The position numbers were made by a program, and so were the translations under genes. A DNA stretch of 63,814 nucleotides, filler included. It is 5 parts of 5 records of this genome, joined end to end, with 100 filler letters (N's around TTAATTAATTAA, not from the genome) between each part and the next. Parts side by side here need not be neighbours in the genome. Positions count along the whole stretch, not along the records: positions 20,517 to 44,102 come from SRR20825019_581; 4 more parts are not named here. One strand, given 5' to 3'. Each line of letters opens with the position of its first letter. Positions within the stretch are counted from its first letter, which is position 1. Under the pieces are notes generated by a model. That model made no database searches. It was not told the DNA's origin and saw only the letters and a list, made by a program, of their open reading frames with translations. Shown here in pieces: positions 25,555-38,515 of this stretch.

Positions 25555-26988
25555 TCTGCCACAAGCTCTCCTTTGGATGGTATCCCTGTGCTTGATATAT
25601 GTATATATCGACTCACTCGCTCAGGGGTGAACAGTGACACCGCGGGCCATGACACTGGAATCTCGACAGTCTCACTCGGGCGACTATCCCTCAGTACAAT
25701 CGGGGTCCGGCCTACCGCCGGCAGGATGCTGTCACCGGCCGGCTCCGGATGAGTATGCGCCAGCCCTGCGACCTAAACTGAAAGCCTGCGCCAAACGAGG
25801 CCATGAGGACCGGCCGCCTGTGGCCACCACCGGTCACCGTATTTCTCCCCCGCCGCACCTTGCCAGCCGTGGGGCCGCCGTGTCGCCGTCCACACTGCCG
25901 CGGGGGCGACTCCTCCGGCGCCGCGGGGCCGGCGGGTCACTGGCTGGTTATCGCTGCCTCAGTGTCGTGGAGGCCGGGGGCGTCCTCCCGGGTACTGACG
26001 GCCCGGGTGACTCATCAGGCAGGGACGAGGTCACCCGTCCGGGCCCGGCCAGCCGCTTCGCCCCGCCGCCCGGGCCCGGCGGGGGCCGCGCACTGCCGCT
26101 GAGCGGCCACCGGGCGGCGCCGGCCGACACGCGGCACGCTCCGGATCGGCGGACCCGGGACAGTGGGACCACGCACGGTCCTGGCGGCGCCACAGCCGGC
26201 GCCCCGAAGGCCCCCGTCCGCCGGCGGCGGCCCTTTGCACGCCCCCAGTGGCGGGGGGGCCGCACGGCGGACGGCTGACTGCCGGCTGGCTCGTCCCAGT
26301 CGTGACTCCGACCGCCTGCGGTGGATGACGGATCAAAATAATTTGAATTTGAGAACTTTTCTCCCAACAGATCCAATGAAGCCATCCTCGAATACCTCGC
26401 GGTTAACTCAGAAGATAGCGAATATTCTTGCCCTACGCGAGCGGCCGTCACGGCCGGCGGCGGCGGCAGCCGCCGGGCCAGCCTGCGGATCACAGTCATG
26501 ACCGTGCGTGAACAGTGCGGGGCGCCCGGCTGGGCCCGGCGGGCGCCCGCCGTCGCGGCGACACACTTTGCACTCATGGGGGTCCATGGTGCGGCCGTCA
26601 CGTTACAGTAGGCGGCGGGGCGGCCGGCCGGCCGGCGGCTCAAGCCCCTCCGGCCGGCCGCCGGGCGACCGTTGGGCGGGAGCGCGGCGGCAGTTGTCCA
26701 TGGGCCCGCCCGGCCAGTTCAGTCCGGGTGTGCGCGGGCTAGTGGGGCCTCGGCCGCCGGGCCGGCCGGCTCGCTTCAGGCCGGCTGTTGGCTGCTGCCG
26801 GGCCCTGTAACGGGGGCTGTGCCGTCTGCCCGACTCGCAAGCGCCGCGCCAGAGCGGCCATGGGAAGCCAGCCGCCGTGGTGGCGCCTGATGGAGAATTC
26901 TTCCGCCCTGTCGCTTCTCGTTATGTATATATGCACGTTCTGCACAAACCAGTGAAATTCAGAGCGTTCAAGGGGAGGAACCTGCAAT

Positions 26989-27900
26989 ATGGCGAAGGGA
27001 CTTCCTCTTATATTTTTTCTTGTGTGCGTGTTGGCGCTCTCCCAAGAGGCTGGCGCCACACTAAGAGGAAAAGACATCAGGTCCAGACTGGCTAGTCGGG
27101 TGTTCCCGTCTCACGTTATGAACAACTGGATGATGGAGGGTTCGAATATATGGGACAAGGAGGCAGAGAGTGCTTTCCTTCAGGTGGCTGCTTTGGTTGA
27201 CGATGGTCATGTATTGAGCAAGGCTGGGGACAAAGGCCAGGCTAAGATCCACAACAACAACCCGGAAGTAGCAATTTCGCGTGATGCCAATCAGAAGGCA
27301 ATCGCAGATTCGGAAAAGACTTCAACGTAAGTTTTTGTCTTGTTTAGTGTGTGCGGGCTTGTGTGCTGATATTCTTGTCAAGTGGGAAGGCTCCATCATG
27401 GGACCAGCCAACAGAACACCACGGTGACTGGCTGTCGGAAGGGCCCAATGGTGGAAGCAAGGGGCTTAGGGTAACGGGACTGGAGCGTGCGGATCCGAAT
27501 GATCCAAGCGCCAAGAAGGCTGCGCAGTTTGCCACCTTGGATTTGCAGTATGGGCACCATGGTCAGACGTATACCAGCTCGCGCGCCCCTTGGAAGCTGC
27601 AGACAGTAGAGAGCGCCGCGAAGGAGGTGGGTAGAAACTGATGAAGAGTGCACTGTAGCGTATTAATTCTCTGCCTAGTCTCCGAAGGGAACTCGGTGGT
27701 TTTTGACCATCAAGGTCGAAGATGGCCTTGGGGCGACGTGGAGGGAGCAGGTGGTTGTGTATCAGGATGCCCCAGGTGTGTTTTTACTGTCTTGTATCGC
27801 GGTATGTGCTGATGGATTGGGTAGGCTTTGGCGAAGGCTTCAAGGTTCTCAAGCAACATCTTGTGCGTCTTTCACTAGATGCCCACACAGAAAGCAAATA
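26989..27900 (+). CDS. Secreted protein with a C-terminal cystatin-like domain (4 exons)
   Basis: Signal peptide MAKGLPLIFFLVCVLALSQEAGA. Introns 27327-27382, 27627-27678 and 27776-27824 give GLERADPNDPSAKKAAQFA...WKLQTVESAAKESPKGTRWFLTIKVE...EQVVVYQDAPG, a cystatin helix-plus-sheet pattern. Confidence 0.7.
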
Positions 27901-28029
27901 ACATTTGATCTAGTAGGATACATCAGGGAGTTTAGTTCTTTTCGGGAAATACGATTATTGTGGCGGAGCGCCGAGTCATATTGTTGTCCGAGCGTTTGGA
28001 ACATGCGGCGCGTCTTGAGATTCATGCCG

Positions 28030-28929
28030 CTACAGCTCATCCTTGGCTTCCGCAGCCTCGAGTATGTTCTGGGCGCCTTTATAGGCTTTGTCTATCAGTG
28101 CCTCCATATCAGAAGGGCTCGTTCGAGTTCTCAATGGTTCGTTTTCTTTGGAGGCCGCCGCTTCCTTTGCTTCAAGAAGCGCCTCGGCCTTGCTAAGTTT
28201 TTCCTCAAAAATGGCAAGGTATTGCTGGAGTTACATTAATAGGGGCGAGATCGTGAGTGACGGGGCCTCACATTGTACAGCTTAGATTCGGGGCATGACT
28301 TGGCAGCTTTCACATGCGCCTCGAGCGCAGCAGCAAGCTCTCCATCATGTTCCAAAACCCGCCCAAGGTTGTGTAATGATATGCAGTGCTCAGGCTCATC
28401 CCGCAGATATTCCTGCAATGATCGCCTGCACTCATCCATCTCCGTTGAGTTAGACAAGGGCAGACAATATCTTACACCTCGATGAGTTTACCTTGTTCAG
28501 GTGACAGTTGAGGTTCGCTATGTTGAGCTTGGAGTACATGCGGACCTCGTCTCCCTGACGCACTCCTTTCTCATACCAACCCAAGGCCTGTCTGAAAATT
28601 AGTACTTCACTCACTACTTGCACAATGCACAAACGCACGTCTTCCCATTTTCCCAGCTTAGCAGTAATATTACCTAATTTCTCCATGATCTCGGAGCTCT
28701 ACAGGCTATATTAGACTGATAAACCCCTCAAGGAAGGACAGGGGCCACTTACTGATTTACTCAAATCTAAAGCCATTCGGGTTGTCTGAAGAGCAGCACT
28801 CCAGCTTTTTTTGGAAATGAAGTCGTCAGCCTTCACCAGAAGACTGCGAGCATCTTCGGACAGATGGGCTTCACCACAGGATGTTCCAACCACAAATAAG
28901 CCAAGTATCACGATAACCACCTTCATCAT
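28030..28929 (-). CDS. ER-resident TPR protein (signal peptide plus KDEL), multi-exon
   Basis: Signal peptide MMKVVIVILGLFVVGTSC; TPR-like SLHNLGRVLEHDGELAAALEAHVKA; the last exon ends AEAKDEL-stop. Confidence 0.75.
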
Positions 28930-29612
28930 GCAAAGGTCCAACTGCAGCACTGCACTCAAAAAGGCTGTACAAAATATTTGAGGGAAGGGGACGCGCGCTG
29001 GCAAGATTCATGTCCGGCCGGGGTTAGTTGGGGTACTTGCCGCGTCGTCAAGGCGGGGGTGTGGAGGTGCAGCAGGACGACGGCGCGCGCCGCCGGTCGA
29101 GCAGCGGGGGCCCGCGGCGCGGCCCGCGGCGCGGGGCCGGCCGGCCGGCCGGCCCGCCGCCGCCACCGGTGAGCCTCGAGGAGAGGCACGGCCGTTTTCA
29201 GCGATTCATCGATTGTTACATGTCACATATTGTCTGAAATTGACTATCTGTTCATTTCGTGCGAGGTCTGCCAAGTTCCCGCCGGGTCGCGGGCGGCCAC
29301 TGCAGGTGCTTCCGGTTCCGTCGTCGGGTGCCGGAGTCGCCCGCCGGGCAGCGAGCAGTGGCTCCCCGGGCCCCGGACGGAAGCGGGGCCTCGACGGCAC
29401 CATGCCGGGCACAGTAAGCCAGCAAGGGGAACAGCCATCTGATCGGGAGCGGACCGGCCTACGGCCGGCCACCAGGTGGTTGTCGTCCCTCTCAGTCTGC
29501 TCAGCGTGTGGCGCAACTCCCGGCGCCCGCCTCACCTCACTGGCCAGGACTTGGTGGCGGGGCTGCACCCGGCCGGCTGCCGGAGGCAACCGCTGGGTAT
29601 CATGGTCGTCAT

Positions 29613-32600
29613 ATGCCGGCCGTATGTACGCGCGGGCAGCACAACTTGGAGAGTACGGTTAGGCCAGAAGAGTTGTTCACTCCTGCTCGTCAGCCTTCTG
29701 GCTGTGGGCTCGTGTTTCGCACATCACTCCAGTCACATAAGTAAGTGGTGGTTGTGACGACTCTACTAACACGCATACATACCTCACAAGAGCCAGGTTT
29801 GGCGGCGGGAGACTTACTATGGGGGACGGCTTCCTATCATATTCCAAGGCTTTCCATGAGAGTGGCCGAAGCATTGCATCAGGGTCGGACACTTCAAGAT
29901 CCCCTTTGCCTACACCTCACTACCCGAATGATATCCCAAGTCTAAGTGAGGCATTCAATGAGTTGGAGAAAGGAAGCGCCCGGAGTATGGCACATAGTAC
30001 TGGAACTAAATCAGATCTTGGGCAAGTATTGGAGGACCAGCAGAATGAACCCTCACCCGTTGAGCGGAGGGAGGGCAGTTGGCCCAATAATGACGGATTA
30101 TCGGTTGGAAGCGGTACTCAAGGGGGAGAGGGGTCCGTGGCTGGGTCTGTTGGGGGTGGTCCGGGGCCATCGGGGGCAGGCCTCATGAAGCTCACCGAGG
30201 ATGAGTCCAATGATATGGGGGCGGCGACTGACGCGGAGCACTTGGTCGTGCTTGAAAGGATGATGGCGGAAAGGGAGGAGGCGTACAAGGAAACGTTTCC
30301 AGACCTGTACGCCATGGAAACCCTATCCTTGGACAAACCGGGGGAAGTATCTAGCGAGGCGGGCGCAGACGAAAGCGCGCCAAAGCGGTCTCTTGATGAT
30401 GCGGCGACTGATGCAGCTCACGAAGAAGAGGAGGCGGCACAGGCCACTGTCAACGGTCCGAGCGTTATGGAAGTTGCCTCGGAGGCCTCCGATACGAATT
30501 ACGCTGAAAGTCTTGCGTCCAGGAATGGCGCCGGCGGTGCAACTCCTTACCGTCCGGGCACTGCTCCGGCCAAGGTGCGCCGAGGGTCTCGTGGTCCCAT
30601 TACAAACCAGTTAATGCTTGAAGCGGGCGATGAGGTTCACTATCCCGTGGACCAGCGGACGGCAGAGGTAGTCCTTTATGGTTTTCCTATCCGCCGACCA
30701 AAATCAGCCGCGATAGCATATAATCGAACTCTAGAGCGCAGCGTCGTGGCTCCATCCGCGAGCCCGGCTGGTGTGACAAGGAAGTCTCAGACATCTCTGG
30801 CACCTGGCATTCGGGAAGAGCTTTCAACGGTAACATCTAAAGTGCCAAAGGTAAGTGTGATGCGGATGTCATAATGCATTGTCTCACTTAGACTTGACTC
30901 AGGGAAAACCGTCATTGTACAGACCAGCAAGCGCGGGGGTGACGTCAACGAAACCGTCTCCATCATTCGTGGCACGTCCCGGCTCTGCGCACCCCACTCT
31001 AACTCCAGGATCCATTGATACCTCCATTCGAGTCCCATCTACTGTCGTCTCACCTTTGGATATGATCATCAAGACCCCCAAGGTGGCAACCCGGGGCGGT
31101 GGGTTCTCGTCTTCCATTGCTGGCCAGAACCGAACCATTCACGAAAAGGTCTTTGAGAATGCACCACGCAATAGTAACAGTGCTCGTGGAAAGGACCGTA
31201 AGAAAACCCACCTTGGTGGAGGGTTTGGACCCAAGCCGATGTCTCCATCCCCTATGAATTGGTCTCAGGAAGTGGCCGAACCCGATACGTCATTTGTTAG
31301 TGCCCCGACCGCACACTCGTCCACCAGCACGGACCGTGTTATCTACAATTCTCGTCTCCATCCTTCGCAACTGGACAAGCCTAATATATCGGTAGAAGCG
31401 ACTGGGATATACACTAATGGATCGGTTCCAGTATCTCCAACTCGGCTCGTTGGAGATTCAAGGGTGCGTCCTGAACACTCCAGCGGTATTCGTATGATGA
31501 CGGAACCTCCTGTCATCGTGCCGACATCGGCTGTTCCCGCTCCCTACAACTCCAGGGCCTTTGCGCCTTCGTTGAACTCTCCGCAGCTTCGCCACTTGAA
31601 GGGCCAGGGCGGTTCCACCAAGAAGCCTTCACCAGGCGCTGGCGGCTTTGAGGACACGCTAATGTCCACTGAGGGTACCTTTACCAAGGACTTGAAATCG
31701 GGAATCCCGGAGTACCTCTCACAACTCTTTCCCACCCCGTTCAACTCGTATGAGCTAGACACTCACCAACTGGCCAAGTACTACCAGCGTTTGGTGGACC
31801 AGATACAGGAATACGTTGGAAAGGCGCCATACTCGGTGAATGGGGAGATACCCGTGCCCGCAACGCCAATAAGTGATAATCCGTTCCACCTGGACAGCCA
31901 TGCTGCGCTCAAGAAGGACTATCCTCCTCTCATGAAGGAGTTCACCGAGAAAGAATTTGCGGCTATGGACCGGCCTGACCCCAGCCTCCTTCCGGGCATG
32001 AATCAGGTAGAGCCGCTAAGTATCAAGAACATGGTCATTCACAAGAACGATCCGATGAACCGGACGATCCGCCTGCAGCACAAACGCAATAGTATTTCTC
32101 CGCCTCCCAACGCTTCGCACCAGCACTTAACTCCAATCAGGCATCCTATTGTCCACGTAACACCCATCGCTGACATGCCGACCGAGCCTGAGGTGGAAAT
32201 TGGGGAGAATGAGTACGGTTTGGACTACACGCAAACAGGCCAGGGGGCTTTGTCTAAAGATACGATGGAGGATGAGTTTATTAGTGGGAGTGCAATTCTC
32301 CCTCCTACTACGGGCAGCGACAAATTTTTGGGGCAAGAAAATGATAGCGAGTATATGATGGTGTCGCCCAGCATGTCGTTCAGCATGTCGCCCTCGCGAA
32401 AGACCTTTGGGGGTGACGATGCAACGTTTGGAAACCCCGACTTCGAGGCTTCTGTGACGGGCCACCAGGCGCCCGTCATGACGGGCAAGGCCCAAGAAAA
32501 GGGAAAGGTGCTGCAAGAGAACCGGAAGAGATCCAGCAAGGCATTGAAGGGAATGAATATGGCGGTGAAACTTTCGACGGACGCTGTGATCAAGAGCACT

Positions 32601-34235
32601 CCCGGTGGTAAGGACCCCGAGGTGACATTCTCAGGGAATCTCCCCATGCACGGATTGGAGAAGGGTCGTGCCAAGTCTAATGGCTGCGAAACCAAGGATG
32701 CAACAGTCGCACTGGAGGTATCTGATACTCACTATGGGCAGGATCTTGCCTTCATGTCCGTGGACACAGAGGACTCCTACAGCCCAGAAAAAGTCCTCGA
32801 ATCATCGCGGGATCGCGGTCAACGTGCTTCGTCAGCCCCTCGCCGTGCGCCGCTCCCCCCCAAACCCGTGCGACCGCCCCCGGTTAGCACTGATCTAGGT
32901 GGTGATGCGAATTCAGTTGTGCGATCGCCCACGCTTGATCAATTGGCAGCGACGGTTGTGATAGGAGATGGGATATCCTATGACGAGAGGCCTGTTGGTG
33001 GTAGATTTTCGTCGACTCGGTCAGTCACCCAAGCGTCCTCTGTCAACGCGCAGCACCAAGGCTACGTACTGCGATCGCGCAAGGTTCCGAAGAGTCCCTC
33101 CATGACCACCCGGGCGTCACGCTCTATACCGGAGGTCCGTGCTGACATCGATCCTAGCGCTGTGGAGTATGACCTTATGGTTAAGCGGATCAGCAGCCTT
33201 TCTGCTGATCAGCAGTCTTTATATCTCCCTCTGGTCCTCGAGGAGGGGTTGGCCGAGGGCAGCTATGTTGGGGAAAATATGGACCAAAGACACATCTCCC
33301 CTAGTAAGAAAGTGAGGAAGGGGTCCCAGGGAGAACCCACTCCGAATTTCATGGTCCGTCCGTGGTCTGCATCATCGACCGCGCCTAGTAATGCCCCCAG
33401 CAAGGACGTGGCACATGCACCGCAAAAGATTGAGCTAGTCCCTGTTGGAGAAGCGCGGGGTGAACCCGTGTCGTACAAGGAAGAACCTGTTGTCAATCAG
33501 CAAGGGATTGTATCGTCGAAAACTGAGGAACCTCTATCCGAGCAGGACTGTATGCAGCAACCTCCTGACAGTGCCATGTCAGCGTCACGCTCGCCTCGCT
33601 CTCCAAACGTGATGACCTCTCGATCAGGCTCTAAATTGTCCGAAGACGGTGGCCGCACCGACACTGAAAGCCGCCCCGCTGTCACCTCCGCACGGAGTAC
33701 TTCCTTCAACCCAACCATCGAGAAGATCCCGCTGGGTGACATCTCCAATTCTCCTCCCCAGCCTCTCAGCCGGCCCACTAGTGCGAAGTCGCCTACCAGC
33801 CGGAAAACGATGTTCCAGCGCCCGACCACTGCCCCCTCCCGCCGGCAGCATTCCCCTGTGAAGAAAGGTGTTGTCCCTCCACCCTTCGACGAATTGTCTA
33901 GCCTCAACAAGAATCCTTCATTGGAGTATCAGCCACCGGTGTCGCTAGAGGGGAGTTCATCTTCATTCACGGCCTCAAGTATGGAGAGTGGCCGGCCACA
34001 GTCTACCCAGCGAACCGGCCGTACGGCCGGCACAGCCAATCCTATCCCGGAATATGACTTCGGTCCTGTGGGAACATATGAGGGGGAATCTCACCTCATG
34101 CGAGGGACCAGGGCCACGGTGAGGCTTGAGAGCTTCTCCAAGTGGATGGACAAGACCCGGCGTGTGCGTGAGACCAAGACCGTTGGCGACTTCTATCGTG
34201 GTGTTCGCCTGAAGTCACTGAAGGTCATCAAATAA
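29613..34235 (+). CDS. Large disordered S/P/R-rich protein (3 exons)
   Basis: Introns 29741-29790 (GTAAGT, TACTAAC branch point) and 30851-30902 join the 29819 and 30879 ORFs in frame; recurrent RPxSA/RPxTA motifs; no folded domain recognised. Confidence 0.7.
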
Positions 34236-34367
34236 GCCCCGAGAAAAGGGTAACGTTTATGCGGCTCAGGAGATGAAGATTCCTTGTCCCCAACAGGTAC
34301 TGACAGTGGCGGGAATAGATTATGCGTATCTATAAATTACCTAAACGATCAATGGTGTTTTGATCCG

Positions 34368-36054
34368 TTATGTCACTTTGCGCGCTGTCTTGTAGCTAAG
34401 GATCGGGAGGAATACTGCGACGATGCGGCACAACTTAAGGTCGACAAGGTCTTGCACAACCCCGTCCACATCCTTATATGCAGATGGAGCCTCCTCAAAT
34501 ATCAGATTCGGGTCGTTACACACCACACGGGATCCAACCGCTGTTTTCTCGAGCTCCCTGGCGCTATACCGACGCTGGTTTTGCTCGCGGGCTTTGGTCC
34601 TACCCTGCGACCTCCCGGCTCCGTGCGCCAACGAATATGCTGCCTTCTCCGCTTCAGAGGTGTCTGTGGTAGGCATCACGACGTAGGACCGACTGCCGCG
34701 CGAACCAGGAATAACTGCGGCCCCCACATCTCCCGGCGCAGCACCCTTCCTATGCAAATATGTACGTCCAGCCTCGCATCCGATCGTTGCGAAGTCTCTC
34801 TTCACGACATTGTTGTGCCAGATGTCAAGTACTTCCGACCCTTCTGTGCCGAGATGCTCCATGAATCTCCGCGCAATCAGTTTTCTATTCACCCGAGCCC
34901 ACTGGCAGGCATGGTCATGCCTTGCCATATAATCCTGGAACCCCTCCATCTCGGGCGTCAGGCCCACAGGACCGTGCGTAGTCATATGCTGCTCCAGAAC
35001 AGATGATCCAAGGCCTCGCGATCCACTGTGGACTAACAAATACAAGCGATCTGGAGAAATTCCCAGCTCTTCACATGCGGCCGCATCCACTATAGTTTCG
35101 AGTGATTGAAGCTCAGCAAAGTGATTCCCCGCCCCGATAGTACCCAAGGATGTCTGGTCATAGTTTGACATGGCTTCGACGCCATGCTCAGCCAATAATG
35201 CAGCGGCATCACCCTCCCACGGGCCATCAATGTCCATATTCTTCACCCACCGCTCTACTGTGCGCTCCTTGTCCGCACTGTCCGCACGCAAGCTCGTTTT
35301 TGTCAGCAGCATGCCACATCCAATGTCACCTCCCACCAAGTGGGGGTAAACCCAGCCATCCTGCACAGAGGATTAGAGTCAAGGCAGCGATGGTCACGAC
35401 ATGCCTTACCGTGACGACAGCTGTGCCTATGGGATAGGATGGGCCGGGATGCAAGTCTGGGAGCCCTACCGCCATGCGCACGCCCCTCAGGTTACGCGCC
35501 GTTTGCTCCAGCTGCTTCACTGCATCTTCCTCGATAGGTGTGTTCTTGGCAATTACCGTCACGACAGCTCCGGGTGATCCACACAGACTCTTCTCAGTAC
35601 TAGGCTCGGCACTTTTCTTCCCTCCAGACCCAAAACAGAAGTCTTCACCAGCTAATAGTCAAGAATGGCACACAGTGAGAATGGCTGACTTTTCATAGTG
35701 CTTAGCTGCTTACCAGAAACCACAACAACGCATTGAGTCCCGGGGCTATGTTCCTGCGCCGCAACATCGGTGAGAAAGCATTTTCAGCGGTAAAGGGCGA
35801 TCTCACCTCCCAACTTTGAATGTCCTCGGCGCTTAGTTCCTCTCCAGTTATTCTAAACGCTCGTTTCATGTTCACTCTGCGGATATCACTAAAGTTAAAA
35901 AAGAGTCGAACTTTCACGGTTTTACATTTGCCTACTTGAGCTTATTCTTTGCAGCAGTGCATAGCTCCTTGAAACGGTCAGCCGACTTGAGCACAACAAC
36001 CTTCCGTTCCTTGCGGTTTTGGTTCTTCACAAGCTCCACCGCTAGGGATACCAT
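34368..36054 (-). CDS. rtcB: RtcB-family RNA ligase of the short RtcB2 (PrfH-associated-like) type, with an N-terminal extra domain; spliced
   Basis: Intact motifs PDLHPG, GGDIGCG, GTIGAGNHFAELQ, LVHSGSRG, HNN, HRKGA, IPGSRG, SLAHGAGR and EEAPSAYK. Intron 35361-35409 joins the ORFs; further introns lie in the N-terminal domain (MVSLAVELVKNQNRKERKVVVLK...). Confidence 0.88.
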
Positions 36055-36903
36055 ATCGATCTGTTCTCTTTCGACTGTGCAGGAATCGTAGTAAGCGTCC
36101 CCACTTTTGTACCAACAGCCACAGACTGTACGACATGGGCAGGACTGCAATACCACCAGACTGGAATTCTCGGCCTAGTGCCGGGCGAGGTCGCTGACTT
36201 CGACCGGTGGCGATTCTCAGTCTGACGAGTGCTGACAGACTAGTTGATGATCTGAAGTGAGGGCGCCAGCTCAAATGGTCGCCCACGACTCGTCCCCCAG
36301 CCCCGCCCGGCTCGCCTTGTTCCGGAAGCGAGGCCGGGTGACGGTGCCGGCGCCCCAGACTCAGTGCGCAGCGGCCCACCCGCGGGCGGGGGGCACACCG
36401 AGGCCCGGCCCGGCTCCGGCCCTGCGCCCAAACTGGGCCCGGGCCGCCGGCCGCCCCCCCCCCTGCAACCGGCCGCCCTCCTCAGAGACTGCCGGGCCGG
36501 GGTGCGAGCCCCACGCACCGTCACGCCCCCGGCGGGCCCCAGGCGCGAAGAAGCCTCGATCACGACGGTAGTACGGTTCGCCGGTTCCGGCTTGAGTCAG
36601 GAGGTCCGGCGGGCCATACCGGGGGAGCGCCGGCGGCGGGCGGGCGCGCGGCACGCCGGCCGGAACTTTCCTCGTGCCCGATTATGATCGGGCCCGGCCT
36701 GAAGCCCCCAGTCAACCAACACCCCCGAACTGGAACATGGTTGTTCGGTTACCTAACTAATCCGGTGAGTGACGGATCGGATGATTGGACGACGGAATGC
36801 AGAATGAATCAAAGCGCTAAGCGATCTAATAAATGTATCTATTCAAGAAACAAAGCCGCATGCAAATGAATCAAACGCACTCTTATGGGATGGTCTGTCT
36901 ATT

Positions 36904-38515
36904 CTATGATGATTTCTCCAAGTTTCTCCTCACGGTGTGGCCCCGGAAGGCCGCCTGGATCGATGTTGCTGCACGCTCCACGGACGCATCGAGTTCAATC
37001 TCAGCTGCCATATTTCCACTGACCCCGCGTCAGCATCTCAAGCGACTAGTTAATATTCACAGGCACTTACATTGTAGACTGATCAGGGCAAGGGCGGATG
37101 GGCTCCAATGTCCTCTTCCCTTCCGACGTGTTGATGTACTCTAAAACAGCATTAGGCAATTTTCCAAGGCACTGTGCAAATACACGTACTCGTTGATGGT
37201 GATTGTGTTCCACGGGATGACTTCCCGGGAGATGCCGTTGATGATTGCTCCGTAAATCCCGTGTAACTATGCTCATGTGACGCTCCACCGTGGGAGCCAT
37301 GCAGGTAGCTCTCCTCTCCTGCCACTGAGCCCGCATCGGACATGGATGTCAGGTTGTCGCCAGTGTCCATCAGGTAGTCTTGTCCAACCCTAAACACCAT
37401 TATGTGCGTGGGTTTCCTCGCAGGAGGCTTCCGTGCCATCGGAGCTGCGCTTGCAGCTCTGTTATTCCCCATTCCCGTTCCCGTTCCCATTCCCATCCCG
37501 CTCTTCATATTCCCTGCCATTGGTGCGGTAGAGGGCCGCATAAAGTTCTGGATGTAGTTGCTTGCCATCTGGGACAGTTCATTTCCTCCCCGCGTGATCT
37601 CAAGAGCGGTGCTCGGTCGGATAATAGACATATTCTCACTGTTATCTCTCTGTTGCGCCTCAAACTTTTCCCTGCTTTCATGAATAATCTTATCAGCGAG
37701 AATGAACCGTTTCGATGTTGCCTTATCCATTGATTTCCTGCACCAGTCTGATCAGTCGAGAATCGGGAAGAGCATACGGCATACAAACTTACACCAAAAA
37801 TGAACTCGCCTTGCGGTCATCGTTCATAGTTAGGTTTCGCAGGGTTTTCTTGGACAGGGCCACGTTCAATGGGATTGCTGAAGAGCGCATCAGCTTTGCT
37901 GGGTTAAACTCTGGCCCATATTGAATGTTTTTCTTTCGTTCAAAAGGTGTGTCATATTCCCTGATCCTCCTTTGCATGTTACTTAGCTGCTTCACGTGAG
38001 CCTCCCAAATAGGATCTCTTCCCTTCCGGCGTTGTGCCGACTGAGCCCTCGCCCTACAAAACTTCAGTATATATAATATGCTGAGAAATATAGACCTACA
38101 AGTTTGACGTCTTCGGTCTACTGTTATCGATTCCCTTTCTGTCGAACACTCCCTTCGAGATCTGCTCGATTCTCTGCTCAAAATTTTTGGTTTCTTGAAA
38201 CTTGAGGGGATCTAAGCTGAGCCCCCTCTTCATGGCACGATCTGTGAGGAATATTAACCACAGTACATCTACAGAGGCACCATGGCACTCACTGTAACTT
38301 ATCCGAGATGCCGCAGAGTGATCATACTGCTCGGACAACACGCTCATCTTCGGGCCATATTTCTTTTGGCTTGTTGGTTGCGCTCTCATGGCGTTTCGAT
38401 GGTTGGACCAATGATCAAATACCATCCCACGACCCCCCACATTTCGGGAGTCTGGGGTGAAGATGCCACTCGTGGACACCATGTTTCCAAACTCTTCCTT
38501 GTTAAACACGAACAC
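36904..38515 (-). CDS. Multi-exon protein with a C-terminal IQ calmodulin-binding motif
   Basis: Chain of minus-strand exons with GT-AG borders; the last exon reads ERAATSIQAAFRGHTVRRNLEKSS-stop (IQxxxRGxxxR). The start is uncertain. Confidence 0.7.

Noticed and set aside
25634-26890. Many overlapping R/P/A/G-rich ORFs in the GC islands (also 21089-22193, 28956-29662, 36240-36687, 38502-39366 and 43717-44154)
   Set aside because: Stop-codon scarcity in extreme-GC DNA; they occur in all frames with no domain signal.
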